Positions 17,951 to 27,615 of a stretch of DNA of 37,496 nt are shown here, piece by piece (positions within the stretch are counted from its first letter, which is position 1; every line of letters starts with the position of its first letter). A program made the translations under genes and the position numbers. The notes under the pieces were generated by a model. That model saw nothing but the letters and a program-made list of their open reading frames with translations, was not told the DNA's origin and did no database searches. Origin of the DNA: Deltaproteobacteria bacterium (GTDB lineage: Bacteria > SAR324 > NAC60-12); NCBI GenBank assembly GCA_038150265.1, contig JAYOTF010000012.1, positions 45,254 through 82,749 on the forward strand, written 5' to 3'.

Positions 17951-19324
17951 TCAGGAAGCGGGCTCAAAGTGCGTGCCCAGAACCAGATCGGTCATGGAAA
18001 GCACCGCTTCCGGCATCCGGTTCATGACCCACAAAACGGTCTGGGCGCCAGAGCAGGCCTGCGCCACCGAGGTAAAGCAGTCCACATACTTTTCATAGCG
18101 TCCGGGCTCGCTGTTGTGCGGACGCTGAAGGTAGTCTGCCAGGTCACTCACCCGCTTGGTGTGTCCAAAAATAAGCTGGCCGTACTCGATGTGGGCTTCC
18201 GGAAAGCGTTCTGCCGCTGCACGGGCCAGGTCCAGGCTGTTGGGCAGACCGTCCGTCAGGTGGACCAGGGTCCGGGTGCCCTCCCACTTTTCCAGGTAGC
18301 CCTGTGCTGCCGCAAAGGCGGCTTCATACGCGGTGGTTCCGCCCGGGGGCACAAAGCCGTCAAAGCGCTCAAAGGACGGGAGCGCCGAGTCACTGTAGGG
18401 AATGACCCGCAGGGCAATTTTGGGAATGCAGGCCTTGAGGTGCTTCAGCAACGCGGCACAGGCAAGGTTTGCCATCTTGAAGAGGTCCCGCTCAAACGTT
18501 GAGGAGCTGATGTCGAGCAGAATCACCACCGCCGGACGCGCCTTGCGCAGCACCGGCCACGACTCCTGATGGAGCAACGACGGGCACAGCCGCGCCTGCT
18601 GCCGCTCCAGCGTCCGGCGAGTCCGCTCCGGAAACTGGTTCTCCAGCGTCGCTCCTTCCTCGGTGACCAACACCGAAGCCTCCAGCTTCAGTTCCGGAGG
18701 CGCATCCAGATCAAAGCGGGTGGGCACCCGAAACGCAAACATGTCCGCTTCCAGAGCCTCCCGGAGCAGCTTGGAGCGCACCGACCTCGGAGACGCCTCT
18801 GCCCGGTCGGCTTCTGCCACCGCCTGCCGCGCCAGGCGGTACTCGCGGATCAGCCCGTCGTGCTTGAGGACACAGGCAAAACGCTCCCCCCAGCGGGGCT
18901 CCGGAAGCGGAGCGCCTTCGCAGTAGGGAACCCGCTCCGCCTGCACCACCCGGATTTCAAAGTGCGGGTCCACCTTCCCAAAACGCAGCCCTCGCTGCAT
19001 CAGGGTCAGCAGCTGCCGCACCTCCAGTGCCACCGCGCGACGGGGCACCCACCACGGAACGCCTCCCACCTCCACCTGCTGCAGGCACCGTCGGACCCAC
19101 TGCTGTTCCTCCTTGCTCCGGCACGCCCGGAGCATCCGGTTGAGGTGCTGCTGCACCCGCCGCGACCCCGGACCCAGCTCCTGCTTCAGGCGCTGCTCGG
19201 CCACCACGCGTGCCACCGTCTGGCGCAGATCCGGGGGCAGCATCGGCGCCTCAGGAGGGTCGGGAGTCATCTCAAATTCCGTTCGACCGTCCTCCGAGAC
19301 TCCGGAGCGGTTCGGCATTTGCAT
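17951..19324 (-). CDS. Hypothetical protein with C-terminal von Willebrand factor A domain
   Basis: MIDAS motifs VILLDISSS, GGTT and LVHLTDGLPN. The N-terminal ~260 aa are not recognised and the start is uncertain (19324, 19270 or 19243). Confidence 0.72.
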   Translation of the reverse strand: MQMPNRSGVSEDGRTEFEMTPDPPEAPMLPPDLRQTVARVVAEQRLKQELGPGSRRVQQHLNRMLRACRSKEEQQWVRRCLQQVEVGGVPWWVPRRAVALEVRQLLTLMQRGLRFGKVDPHFEIRVVQAERVPYCEGAPLPEPRWGERFACVLKHDGLIREYRLARQAVAEADRAEASPRSVRSKLLREALEADMFAFRVPTRFDLDAPPELKLEASVLVTEEGATLENQFPERTRRTLERQQARLCPSLLHQESWPVLRKARPAVVILLDISSSTFERDLFKMANLACAALLKHLKACIPKIALRVIPYSDSALPSFERFDGFVPPGGTTAYEAAFAAAQGYLEKWEGTRTLVHLTDGLPNSLDLARAAAERFPEAHIEYGQLIFGHTKRVSDLADYLQRPHNSEPGRYEKYVDCFTSVAQACSGAQTVLWVMNRMPEAVLSMTDLVLGTHFEPAS

Positions 19325-19378
19325 GGACTCCAGCAGTGTCTCTGAACCCTTGCACCCTCATTCACGATTCGGTGTTTC

Positions 19379-19996
19379 ATGTTCCGTAAATTACTTCCGG
19401 CCCTGTCTGGCCTGCTACTCCTTGCTGTTCCGGTTTCTGCTGAAACAATTTACCTCAATAGTGGGGAGTCCCTTAAGGGCAAGATTCAGGGAATGGACGA
19501 GCAGCGCCTGATTCTTGAATCCAACATCACCGGTAGCCAGATCCGGATTGAGCGTGCGGACCTCCGCATGGTCGAATTCGAATCCAGCACCCGAAGCCTC
19601 TCCCGCCGCCTGGGATTTGGCCTGCACTACCGCCCGGAAAACAGCGAGGAAGCCCTTTCGCTGAAAAACTGGGTCTCTCCCCTGGACTCCTTTGAGCTGC
19701 TCCTCGGCTACCAGAAGGAAGGTGCCGTCCGCGACCGCATGAACGTCGAAGGCCGCTTTGCCCGGGTCTTTGCCAAGGAGGGCATTCAGGACATGTTCTT
19801 TGGCGTCGGCGCCGGACTGGTCAATGAAGGCGACCAGCGGGGCACCACCATCCGGGTCTTCGGAGGCGCTGAGTTCTTCCCCATCTCCACGCCCAACTTC
19901 GGCTTTTCCTTTGAGCTGGGCGCCCTGGGACGCCAGGGGCTCGCAGAAGACCAGCAGGCCATCTACAACGCAGTTGCGGCTCGCTATTACTTCTGA
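19379..19996 (+). CDS. Exported protein, probable small outer-membrane beta-barrel with N-terminal beta domain
   Basis: Signal peptide MFRKLLPALSGLLLLAVPVSA; ETIYLNSGESLKGKI; alternating amphipathic strands (FFGVGAG, FGGAEFF, FGFSFELG); C-terminal ARYYF (BAM-type signal). Confidence 0.7.
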   Translation: MFRKLLPALSGLLLLAVPVSAETIYLNSGESLKGKIQGMDEQRLILESNITGSQIRIERADLRMVEFESSTRSLSRRLGFGLHYRPENSEEALSLKNWVSPLDSFELLLGYQKEGAVRDRMNVEGRFARVFAKEGIQDMFFGVGAGLVNEGDQRGTTIRVFGGAEFFPISTPNFGFSFELGALGRQGLAEDQQAIYNAVAARYYF

Positions 19997-19999
19997 GTC

Positions 20000-20446
20000 A
20001 TGCCGGCCAAGCGACCGTCCGGAATCGAGTTTGACGCATCGGATGCGGACGGTCAGTTGATGGAGCAGGCGTTTGAGCGCCTGAAACCGCCTCCGGAAGA
20101 CCTCAAGCCATCTCCGGCGCCTCCGGCGCTTCCTTCCCCGCCCACTCGCGCCAAGCGGGTTCCCCTCACCAACCGTCCTGACGATGAAATTGACCTGCAC
20201 GGCATGACCCGTGAGGAAGCCATTCACGCCGTCCAGAACTTCATTCTCAGCTCTCACCGTGCAGGCTTCCGGAATGTCCTCATCATCACCGGGCGCGGAC
20301 GACGCTCCGGGGGGCAGGGGCCGGTGCTGAAGCAAAGCGTGGAGCAGTGGCTGCAGCGCAATGGCAAGCCGTACCTCCGGGACTTCGGCGAGGCGCCAGG
20401 CGAATGGGGAGGAGCCGGCGCCCTCTGGGTGTTTCTGAAGAACTGA
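20000..20446 (+). CDS. Smr/MutS2 C-terminal domain protein
   Basis: IDLHGMTREEA, VLIITGRG, VLKQSVEQWL, GGAGALWVFL. Confidence 0.9.
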   Translation: MPAKRPSGIEFDASDADGQLMEQAFERLKPPPEDLKPSPAPPALPSPPTRAKRVPLTNRPDDEIDLHGMTREEAIHAVQNFILSSHRAGFRNVLIITGRGRRSGGQGPVLKQSVEQWLQRNGKPYLRDFGEAPGEWGGAGALWVFLKN

Positions 20447-20827
20447 CTACAGCCGCCCCTGCTCCTCCAGCACCTTCCGGGCCGACCGGAAGCACTCCAC
20501 GGCCTGCGGCACCCCGCAGTAGATCCCGACCACATGGATCACGGAGCGAATTTCTTCCGTGGTGACCCCATTGTTCAGCGCGCCTCGGCAGTGGGTTTCC
20601 CACTCCGTCATCTTCCCCAACGCGGCCAGCATCGCCAGGTTCATCAGCGACCGGGTCTTGGGCGGCAGCGTGTCATCCCCCCACCCGAAGCCCCAGCACC
20701 ACTCCGTCATCGCCTCCTGAAACGGCCGGGTGAAGTCATCCGCAGCCGCCAGGTTCCGCTCTACGTAATCGGCTCCAAGCGTCTGCTTGCGCTGCTCCAG
20801 CCCCTTGCGAAAAAGCTCCTCATCCAT
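20447..20827 (-). CDS. Carboxymuconolactone decarboxylase (CMD) family protein
   Basis: GLEQRKQTLG..YV, TEWCWG..W, RSLMNLAMLAALG, H.RGALNNGVT.EEI, IYCGVP. Confidence 0.88.
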   Translation of the reverse strand: MDEELFRKGLEQRKQTLGADYVERNLAAADDFTRPFQEAMTEWCWGFGWGDDTLPPKTRSLMNLAMLAALGKMTEWETHCRGALNNGVTTEEIRSVIHVVGIYCGVPQAVECFRSARKVLEEQGRL

Positions 20828-20853
20828 GGTTCCTCCCTGGGAAAAAAATCAGT

Positions 20854-22050
20854 TCAGGCCTCAACCCGCTGGAGCAGCAGCCCCTTCAGGTACAGTCCCT
20901 CCGGAAAGGTCAACGACGCCGCATGGTCCGGGGCCGCACTCAGCTCCCGGATGATCCGGGTCGAGGCCCCGGCATCCTGCGCAGCTCCCGCCACGATCTT
21001 CCGAAACAGCTCCGGGCCCACGGCTCCGGAACAGGAAAACGTCATCAGCTTGCCTCCGGGGCTGAGGAGCTTCAGGGCCAGCAGGTTGGCGTCCTTGTAC
21101 GCCCGGGACGCCCGCTCCACGTGGCGGTGCGTGGGAGCAAACTTGGGCGGATCCAAAATGATGGTGTCAAACTGCTGACCCCGGTCTCGCAGCTCTCGGA
21201 AGAGGCTGAACACATCGGCCTCAGCCAGCATCACCGACCGTTGGGAGAACCCGTTGGCCTCAACGTTTCGGCGGGCGAGGTCCATTGCCCTTGCCGAGGA
21301 ATCGACCGCCATCACCGAAGACGCCTCTCCAGCAAGTGCCGCACAGGTAAAGCCACCGCTGAAGCAAAACGCATCCAGCACCCGGTCTCCTGCCACGAGG
21401 GTCCGCAGCAGCGCCCGGTTGTCGCGTTGGTCCAGAAAGAAGCCCGTCTTCTGGCCGTGCTCCACATCCACCGCAAAGCGCAGGCCGTGCTCCTCCACCC
21501 ACAGCTCCGGAGGCAAGGTGCCATGGAGGGTCTGCCCCACGGGCTCCAGCCCCTCGAGCTTCCGGACCTCGGCATCGGAGCGTTCCTGCACCACCGTGGC
21601 GCCCGTCAGCTCCACCAGCAGCTTCACCAGCGTGTCGCGCCAGAACTCCGGACCGGTGCTCAGCAGCTGCACCACCAGCACGTTGCCGTAACGGTCCACC
21701 ACCAGTCCAGGCAGGCCGTCGGCTTCACCATGAATCAAGCGGACCGCATTGGTCGCGTGGGCGTCCATCCAGTTTCGCCGAAAATCAAGCGCCTGCTGAA
21801 TCCGTCTCCGGAACCACTCTTCATCCACCCAGTCGGCTTCCTGCCAGCTCCAGACCCGGGCCCGAATCCGCGATTCCGGACTCCAGGCGGCCCAGGCCAG
21901 GAAGCGTCCACCGGCATCTTCAAGCCGAACGGTCTCTCCCGGACGAGGCTTCCCATGAACGGAACGGATGGCTTGGGCAAACAGCCACGGATGATGCCGC
22001 TGGAGCGCTTTCTCTCGCTCGGGCGCAACGACTACTCGAATGTCACTCAT
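20854..22050 (-). CDS. rlmI: SAM-dependent rRNA methyltransferase, RlmI (23S m5C1962) family
   Basis: HHPWLF (PUA), HGEADGLPGLVVDRY, GQKTGFFLDQRDNR, FDTIILDPPKF, TFSCS, FPEGLYLKG. The ATG at 22050 overlaps the folB stop. Confidence 0.88.
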   Translation of the reverse strand: MSDIRVVVAPEREKALQRHHPWLFAQAIRSVHGKPRPGETVRLEDAGGRFLAWAAWSPESRIRARVWSWQEADWVDEEWFRRRIQQALDFRRNWMDAHATNAVRLIHGEADGLPGLVVDRYGNVLVVQLLSTGPEFWRDTLVKLLVELTGATVVQERSDAEVRKLEGLEPVGQTLHGTLPPELWVEEHGLRFAVDVEHGQKTGFFLDQRDNRALLRTLVAGDRVLDAFCFSGGFTCAALAGEASSVMAVDSSARAMDLARRNVEANGFSQRSVMLAEADVFSLFRELRDRGQQFDTIILDPPKFAPTHRHVERASRAYKDANLLALKLLSPGGKLMTFSCSGAVGPELFRKIVAGAAQDAGASTRIIRELSAAPDHAASLTFPEGLYLKGLLLQRVEA

Positions 22051-22430
22051 GACTCCTCTACAGGCGGTGCCTCCCAGCACACCTCGGCTTCCACATAATC
22101 GAGGACACCGGGCAGGGGCACCGAAGGCTTGCGGACCTTGACCCGGACCATCCGGACCAATTGAGACCGCCGAATTTCATCCACCAACCGGTCGGCCAGG
22201 GTCTCGATGAGGTCAAACTGCTCCTCTCCTGCCAGCTGTTCCACCCGCTGATGAAGCTCCACGTACGACACCGTCGACTCCAGCCGATCGGTCCATGGAT
22301 CCGGAGGGTTCGCCAGCGTGTACTCCAGGTCAATCTCAAACCGCTGGCCGAGCGTTTTTTCCTCCGGAAACACGCCATGGTACCCGTAAACAACCAGGTT
22401 ATGAACCCGAACCGTGTAGGTCTTTGACAT
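22047..22430 (-). CDS. folB: Dihydroneopterin aldolase
   Basis: YGYHGVFPEEKTLGQRFEIDL, TVSY, FDLIETLA, VKVRKP. Confidence 0.93.
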   Translation of the reverse strand: MSKTYTVRVHNLVVYGYHGVFPEEKTLGQRFEIDLEYTLANPPDPWTDRLESTVSYVELHQRVEQLAGEEQFDLIETLADRLVDEIRRSQLVRMVRVKVRKPSVPLPGVLDYVEAEVCWEAPPVEES

Positions 22431-22567
22431 GTGGGGGCTTGGTGTTGAGAAGCATCCGGGCTTCTGTTGGAAGATTTCTGGCCCCTAGAAGTCTCAAACT
22501 TGCCTTCAGGGATCAAGAGAATTCGCGATCCGCCTGCGGCTTTCCCCATAAATCGCGATATGCGGAT

Positions 22568-22595
22568 TTGACGATTTACTCACTTCTGCTATAGT
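22568..22595 (+). promoter_or_regulatory. Candidate sigma70 promoter of metK
   Basis: TTGACG (22568-22573), 16-nt spacer, TATAGT (22590-22595) with an extended -10 TG. Confidence 0.6.
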
Positions 22596-22673
22596 CGGGG
22601 TTTCCTGAAGATCCATCGGGGAGCGGTACGCGGCGTCCGCAGATCCCCCAACCTCTTTTCTGAGAAGAACGCC

Positions 22674-23831
22674 ATGGCAGAGACCTTGTTTACCTCCGAA
22701 TCCGTGTCCGAGGGGCATCCGGATAAAGTTTCCGACCAAATTTCTGATGCCGTCCTGGATGCCATTTTGGCGCAGGACCCCACTGCTCGGGTGGCCTGTG
22801 AGACCCTGGTGAAGACGGGCATGGTCCTGCTGGCTGGCGAAGTGACCACCAGCGCGTGGGTGGACATGGAGGAGTTGGTCCGCAAGGTGGTCTGTGACAT
22901 CGGTTACAACAGCGACGACCTGGGCTTTGACGGAAACGCCTGCGCCGTCCTCAACGCCATTGGCAAGCAGTCTCCGGACATTGCCATGGGAGTCGATGAG
23001 AGCGAGGAACACGAGCAGGGCGCCGGTGACCAGGGGATGATGTTTGGCTACGCCACCAACGAGACCGATGTCCTCATGCCTGCCGCCATCACCTACTCGC
23101 ACCGGCTGGTGGAGCGACAGGCGGCCAAGCGCAAGGACGGCACCCTGCCGTGGCTGCGTCCGGACGCCAAGAGCCAGGTGACGCTCCGCTACCAGGATGG
23201 CGCCATCGCGGGCATTGACGCCGTGGTCCTCTCCACCCAGCACGCGCCGTCGGTTTCCCGCAAGGACCTCGAGGAAGGCGTCATGGAGGAGATCATCAAG
23301 CCGACCCTCCCGCAGGAGTGGCTGACGGCTTCCACCAAGTTCCACATCAACCCCACCGGAAACTTTGTCATCGGGGGGCCGGTTGGCGACTGTGGCCTCA
23401 CCGGCCGGAAGATCATTGTCGATACCTACGGGGGCATGGGCCGACACGGCGGGGGCGCCTTCTCGGGCAAGGACCCCTCCAAGGTCGACCGCTCTGCCGC
23501 CTATGCCGCCCGGTACGTGGCCAAAAATATTGTGGCCGCAGGACTTGCATCCCGCTGTGAAGTTCAGGTAGCTTATGCGATCGGGGTTGCCGAGCCGGTT
23601 TCGGTCAACGTCGACACCTTTGGAACCAACGTCATTCCGGAAGACCGGATTGTCCAATTGGTCCGCGACCACTTTGAACTGAAGCCTGCCGGGATCATCC
23701 GCACCCTGAATCTGCTGCGCCCCATCTACCGAGCCACCGCGGCCTATGGTCACTTTGGCCGGGAGCTGCCGGAGTTCACCTGGGAGCAGACGGATAAAGC
23801 GGAGGCGCTGCGTCAGCAGGCGGGACTCTGA
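22674..23831 (+). CDS. metK: S-adenosylmethionine synthetase
   Basis: [59 protein letters not shown]. Confidence 0.98.
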   Translation: MAETLFTSESVSEGHPDKVSDQISDAVLDAILAQDPTARVACETLVKTGMVLLAGEVTTSAWVDMEELVRKVVCDIGYNSDDLGFDGNACAVLNAIGKQSPDIAMGVDESEEHEQGAGDQGMMFGYATNETDVLMPAAITYSHRLVERQAAKRKDGTLPWLRPDAKSQVTLRYQDGAIAGIDAVVLSTQHAPSVSRKDLEEGVMEEIIKPTLPQEWLTASTKFHINPTGNFVIGGPVGDCGLTGRKIIVDTYGGMGRHGGGAFSGKDPSKVDRSAAYAARYVAKNIVAAGLASRCEVQVAYAIGVAEPVSVNVDTFGTNVIPEDRIVQLVRDHFELKPAGIIRTLNLLRPIYRATAAYGHFGRELPEFTWEQTDKAEALRQQAGL

Positions 23832-23835
23832 CTGC

Positions 23836-24105
23836 ATGAAGTCTCAGGACACCACCATCGTCAACCGCCTCGGCCTGCACGCCCGTGCAGCAGCTGAGGT
23901 GGTGAAGCTGGCCAACCGCTTTCAGGCCCGCGTGCACCTGCACGGCAACGGGTTGCAAGCAGACGCCAAGACCATCATGGAGCTGCTCATGCTGGGAGCC
24001 CCCCAGGGCACCAAGGTCCAGGTGACCGCAGACGGCTCCGATGAGGAAGAAGCCCTGCAGGCGATGGTGGGCCTGATTGAAAACCGCTTCAACGAGCTCG
24101 AATGA
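23836..24105 (+). CDS. ptsH: HPr-family phosphocarrier protein (HPr/NPr)
   Basis: ATG at 23836; NRLGLHARAAA (His15), ADAKTIMELLMLGAPQGT, ADGSDEEEAL. Confidence 0.9.
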   Translation: MKSQDTTIVNRLGLHARAAAEVVKLANRFQARVHLHGNGLQADAKTIMELLMLGAPQGTKVQVTADGSDEEEALQAMVGLIENRFNELE

Positions 24106-24953
24106 CTCGCCCCGCCATCAACGGGAACACCCGCGTTTATGCGGTTCTTGGACACCCGGTTGAGCACTCGCTGTCTCCGGACATGCACAACGCGGCGTTT
24201 CAGGAGCTTGGCCTCAATGCCGTCTACGTTGCCCTCCCCTCTCCTCCGGAACAGATCGAAGCCGCCCTCCACGGCCTGCGCGCCCTGAACCTCGCTGGCG
24301 TCAACGTCACGGTTCCGCACAAGAGCGCAGTCCTCCCGTTTCTTGACGAAATCACCCCCATTGCCCAAAAGATTGGGGCCGTGAACACCATCCGCAACCG
24401 CAAGGGCCACCTCGTGGGCACCAACACCGATGCCAGCGGCTTCCTGCGGTCCCTGGAGCCCCTGAACTTCGCACCAGCCAACCAGACCATCGCGCTGCTC
24501 GGCGCGGGAGGTTCTGCCCGAGGCCTGATGGTGGGACTCGCCGACGCAGGAGCTGCCGCCCTGACCATCTGGAATCGCACGCCCGAACGCGCTCAGGCCC
24601 TAGTGGCCGAACTGGCTCCGCTCTTTCCTCAGACGCGGCTGCAGGCGGTTTCCCAAGAAGAGCTGTACGCCGGACGCTACGACCTGGTCATCAACACAAC
24701 CACCGTGGGCATGTCGATTCCCGGGGCCCCAGTGGACCTGGCGGCCTTTCAGGAGGTCCGGCATGTGGCCGACATCATCTACCGCCCGGCCCACACGCCT
24801 CTGCTGCAACAAGCCGAACAGCTCCGGATTCCGGCCATCAACGGCCTCGGCATGCTGCTCCATCAGGGCTGCGAGGCGTTCACCTTCTGGACCGGCCAGC
24901 CGGCACCGGTTGGCGTCATGCGCAACGCGTTGCTCGCGGGGCTCACTCCGTAA
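24102..24953 (+). CDS. aroE: Shikimate dehydrogenase
   Basis: GHPVEHSLSPDMHN, GVNVTVPHK, GAVNTI, NTDASGF, LLGAGGSARG, NRT, GLGMLLHQG. Confidence 0.95.
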   Translation: MTRPAINGNTRVYAVLGHPVEHSLSPDMHNAAFQELGLNAVYVALPSPPEQIEAALHGLRALNLAGVNVTVPHKSAVLPFLDEITPIAQKIGAVNTIRNRKGHLVGTNTDASGFLRSLEPLNFAPANQTIALLGAGGSARGLMVGLADAGAAALTIWNRTPERAQALVAELAPLFPQTRLQAVSQEELYAGRYDLVINTTTVGMSIPGAPVDLAAFQEVRHVADIIYRPAHTPLLQQAEQLRIPAINGLGMLLHQGCEAFTFWTGQPAPVGVMRNALLAGLTP

Positions 24954-24983
24954 CCCGCCCTGACCTGACATCGGCATCGTCTC

Positions 24984-25628
24984 ATGACCTTCTCTCAATG
25001 GGGACAGGTGGCCCTGGTGTGCCTGCTCGGCGCCATGTCTCCTGGCCCAAGCCTCGCCGTGGTGCTCCGGAACACCGTCGCCGGCGGACGCCTGCAGGGG
25101 CTGGCCACCGGCGTGGGGCACGGGCTGGGGATGCTCTTCTACGCCCTGGTTGCCGTGGCAGGGCTCGTGACGCTGTTCCAGACCATCCCGCACTTCTTTG
25201 AAATCGCCCAGTGGCTCGGAGCCGCCTTCCTGACCTGGCTCGGGGTTCAGATGATCCGAGGCGGTTGGCATGAGCTGCAGGCCCCTCCCGTCGCTCCACC
25301 AGACGCCCTGCCGCCTTCCGGACGTCGCGGCTTCGTCGAGGGCTTCCTGATTGCGTTCCTGAACCCGAAGATTGCGGCGTGGCTGCTGGCGCTGTTCAGC
25401 CAGTTTGTGCATCCGGAAGCAGCCTGGAGTGAACAGGCGGTGCTGGTCTCCACCGTGGGCGGCATCGACATGAGCTGGTACAGCCTCGTCGTGGTGCTTG
25501 CCTCTTCCGGAAACTGGATTGAGCGACTGAGGCGGCACAAGCCGCGGTTGGATCTGGGGATGGGAGCGTTGCTGCTGCTGCTGGCCTTCAGCATGGCCGG
25601 TCGGTCGCTTTGGGAACTAGCGAGCTGA
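24984..25628 (+). CDS. LysE/RhtB family amino acid exporter
   Basis: SPGP motif, GF.IAFLNPK, and several hydrophobic helices. Confidence 0.9.
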   Translation: MTFSQWGQVALVCLLGAMSPGPSLAVVLRNTVAGGRLQGLATGVGHGLGMLFYALVAVAGLVTLFQTIPHFFEIAQWLGAAFLTWLGVQMIRGGWHELQAPPVAPPDALPPSGRRGFVEGFLIAFLNPKIAAWLLALFSQFVHPEAAWSEQAVLVSTVGGIDMSWYSLVVVLASSGNWIERLRRHKPRLDLGMGALLLLLAFSMAGRSLWELAS

Positions 25629-26306
25629 CGCCGGAAAGCACGCGCGCATCTGCTGCACACGCGTCGGGTGCGGAGTGCCATCGGCCTGCATGGCACTGAA
25701 GTGCAGCTCGGTGACTCCAGTCGCCGCGACCACCGCCCGCGCATGCTCCGGACGCACCCCGCCACCGGCCAGCACCGTTGGTCCGGGGAGTTGCTGGAGC
25801 GCTGCCAGCGCGGCTCCCCCCTGACGGGCCTGAGGCGCCCCTCCGGAAGTGAGCACCCGCGTGATCGCTGGAAAGCGCTGCAGGCAGCGCCACGCTTCCG
25901 GAAGGTCTCGGGCTGCATCAAACGCCCGGTGAAAGGTCACCGGAACCACCGAGGCCTGACGCTTCAGCCGCTCCAGCCAAACGGCCAGTGCCGCTTCGTC
26001 CACCGCTCCTTCCGGAGTCAGTGCCCCCAGCACCACGCCAGCCGCTCCGGCCCCCAGAGCCTCGCTCAGCTGCTCCGCCATCGTTTGCACCTCCTCGGAG
26101 GTGTAGCAAAAGCTTCCGGCCCGGCAGCGGATCAGTACCATCACCGGCACACCCAGCTTCGCTGCTGCGGTCACCTGCTCCGCCTCTGGGGTGACGCCTC
26201 CGACGGCCAACTCGGCACACAGCTCCAAACGGTCCGCGCCCTGCGCCACGGCCAGCTGGGCGGCTTCCAGCGAGGTCACACACGCCTCCAGCGTGACCGG
26301 GCTCAC
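25617..26306 (-). CDS. cutC: CutC family protein
   Basis: LEACV, GADRLELC..LAVGGVTP, VLIRCRAGSFCY, TFHRAFD, RVLTSGG, AGGGV, ELHFS. The GTG at 26306 overlaps the upstream stop (GTGA). Confidence 0.9.
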   Translation of the reverse strand: MSPVTLEACVTSLEAAQLAVAQGADRLELCAELAVGGVTPEAEQVTAAAKLGVPVMVLIRCRAGSFCYTSEEVQTMAEQLSEALGAGAAGVVLGALTPEGAVDEAALAVWLERLKRQASVVPVTFHRAFDAARDLPEAWRCLQRFPAITRVLTSGGAPQARQGGAALAALQQLPGPTVLAGGGVRPEHARAVVAATGVTELHFSAMQADGTPHPTRVQQMRACFPASAR

Positions 26307-27601
26307 GCCAGAAAGGTCCGGACGGCCGAGACCACGTTCCACTGCTCATCCACCACATGCAACAACCGCCAGCGGTCAAACGTGGTGCAAGGATGCGAAA
26401 TGCCCATTCCCACCAGGTCTCCCACCTTCCAGCGCGCCTCCGGGGGCAGCTTCAGGTAGGCGTGTTGGTCGTTCAGGGCCGTGACCTGGTAGGAACCGTG
26501 GGAAAGCGGCTGCGGACAGGAGTGGGTTCCCGGCTGAAAGTGAAGTTCCGGAACAGGCAGGTGGATGTCATGGGAAAGGTCCCGTTTGCCAGCGGTGACG
26601 AGCGCCAGTCCCGGTTCCGGAAGCGACTGCACCACCCCCCACACCTGCAGGGCGGGCCGGAGTCCGTTCCCCAGCTCCTTCAGCGCAGGGCTGCGCTCGC
26701 AGATCTGTTCAAAGAGGTGCCGGTAAAATTCCGAATCGTGGGTCAGGTAGCAGCCGCTCCGGAGGATCCGGACCACCTCGACAGGCCCCTCTGGAGCCGA
26801 AAGATGCTGGGCCACCAGGTCGTAGTAATCGGAGCCACCGGCGCTGAGAATGACCGGCCCCGGCGCGAGCCAACCGTTGTCCCAGCAAGTCTGTGCCAGG
26901 CGGTTGAGGGTCTGCATGAATTCCGGAATCGCCGTTGCCGCATGGGGCCCCCGCAAGACGGCTTCGTAGGCCTCCAGTCCGCGCAACGCCAGCTTCGGAA
27001 ACTGCTGGATGTGCTCCGCCAGCGCCAACACGGCCTCCTCGGTCCGGCACCCCGTTCGGGCACCCGGCACCCCTAGCTCCACCAGCACCCCCAGGCGAGC
27101 CCCTTCTGGCGCGCGGGCTCCGGATGCGGCAAGCTGCTCCACGTTGTCTGGCGAGTCCACCAGACACAGCACCTCCAGTTCCGGGAAGCACCGGAGCGTG
27201 TCCCAAAGCCCCGCCCGCTCCTGCGGCCCCACCACCTGGTTGGCAATGAGCACCCGCGGAACGCCCCACTGCGCACAAAGCCGGAGCTGATGGACGTTGG
27301 CGACCGTGATCCCCCACGCGCCATCTTCCAGCTGCAGATCAAACAACTGTGGGGCCATCGTGGTCTTGCCATGCGGCGCCAGCTTCACGCCAAACGCTTC
27401 GGTGAAACGCCGCATCCAGGCGCTGTTTTCCCGAAGCACCGAGTCCTTGAGCACTGCCACCGGAAACGGCAGGTCGCCGCGAAGCAGGTTCCAGCCCTGT
27501 GTCCCCACCGCGCCCAAAGGCAGGGGAGGAGCCAGGTAGGGGAAGCCCTTGCAGGAAGCATCCACGGGTTCATGAAGGAGGGCGTTCAGGGAGAGAGCCA
27601 T
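26303..27601 (-). CDS. PLP-dependent (fold type III) D-amino acid/amino-sugar-acid deaminase, D-serine dehydratase/D-threonine aldolase-like
   Basis: LAPHGKTTMAPQLF (PLP Lys), GARTGCR, SAGGS, LRSGCYLTHD, GKRD, LNDQHAY, ISHPCTTFDRW. Confidence 0.85.
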   Translation of the reverse strand: MALSLNALLHEPVDASCKGFPYLAPPLPLGAVGTQGWNLLRGDLPFPVAVLKDSVLRENSAWMRRFTEAFGVKLAPHGKTTMAPQLFDLQLEDGAWGITVANVHQLRLCAQWGVPRVLIANQVVGPQERAGLWDTLRCFPELEVLCLVDSPDNVEQLAASGARAPEGARLGVLVELGVPGARTGCRTEEAVLALAEHIQQFPKLALRGLEAYEAVLRGPHAATAIPEFMQTLNRLAQTCWDNGWLAPGPVILSAGGSDYYDLVAQHLSAPEGPVEVVRILRSGCYLTHDSEFYRHLFEQICERSPALKELGNGLRPALQVWGVVQSLPEPGLALVTAGKRDLSHDIHLPVPELHFQPGTHSCPQPLSHGSYQVTALNDQHAYLKLPPEARWKVGDLVGMGISHPCTTFDRWRLLHVVDEQWNVVSAVRTFLA

Positions 27602-27615
27602 AAGCGTGGGTCGGG

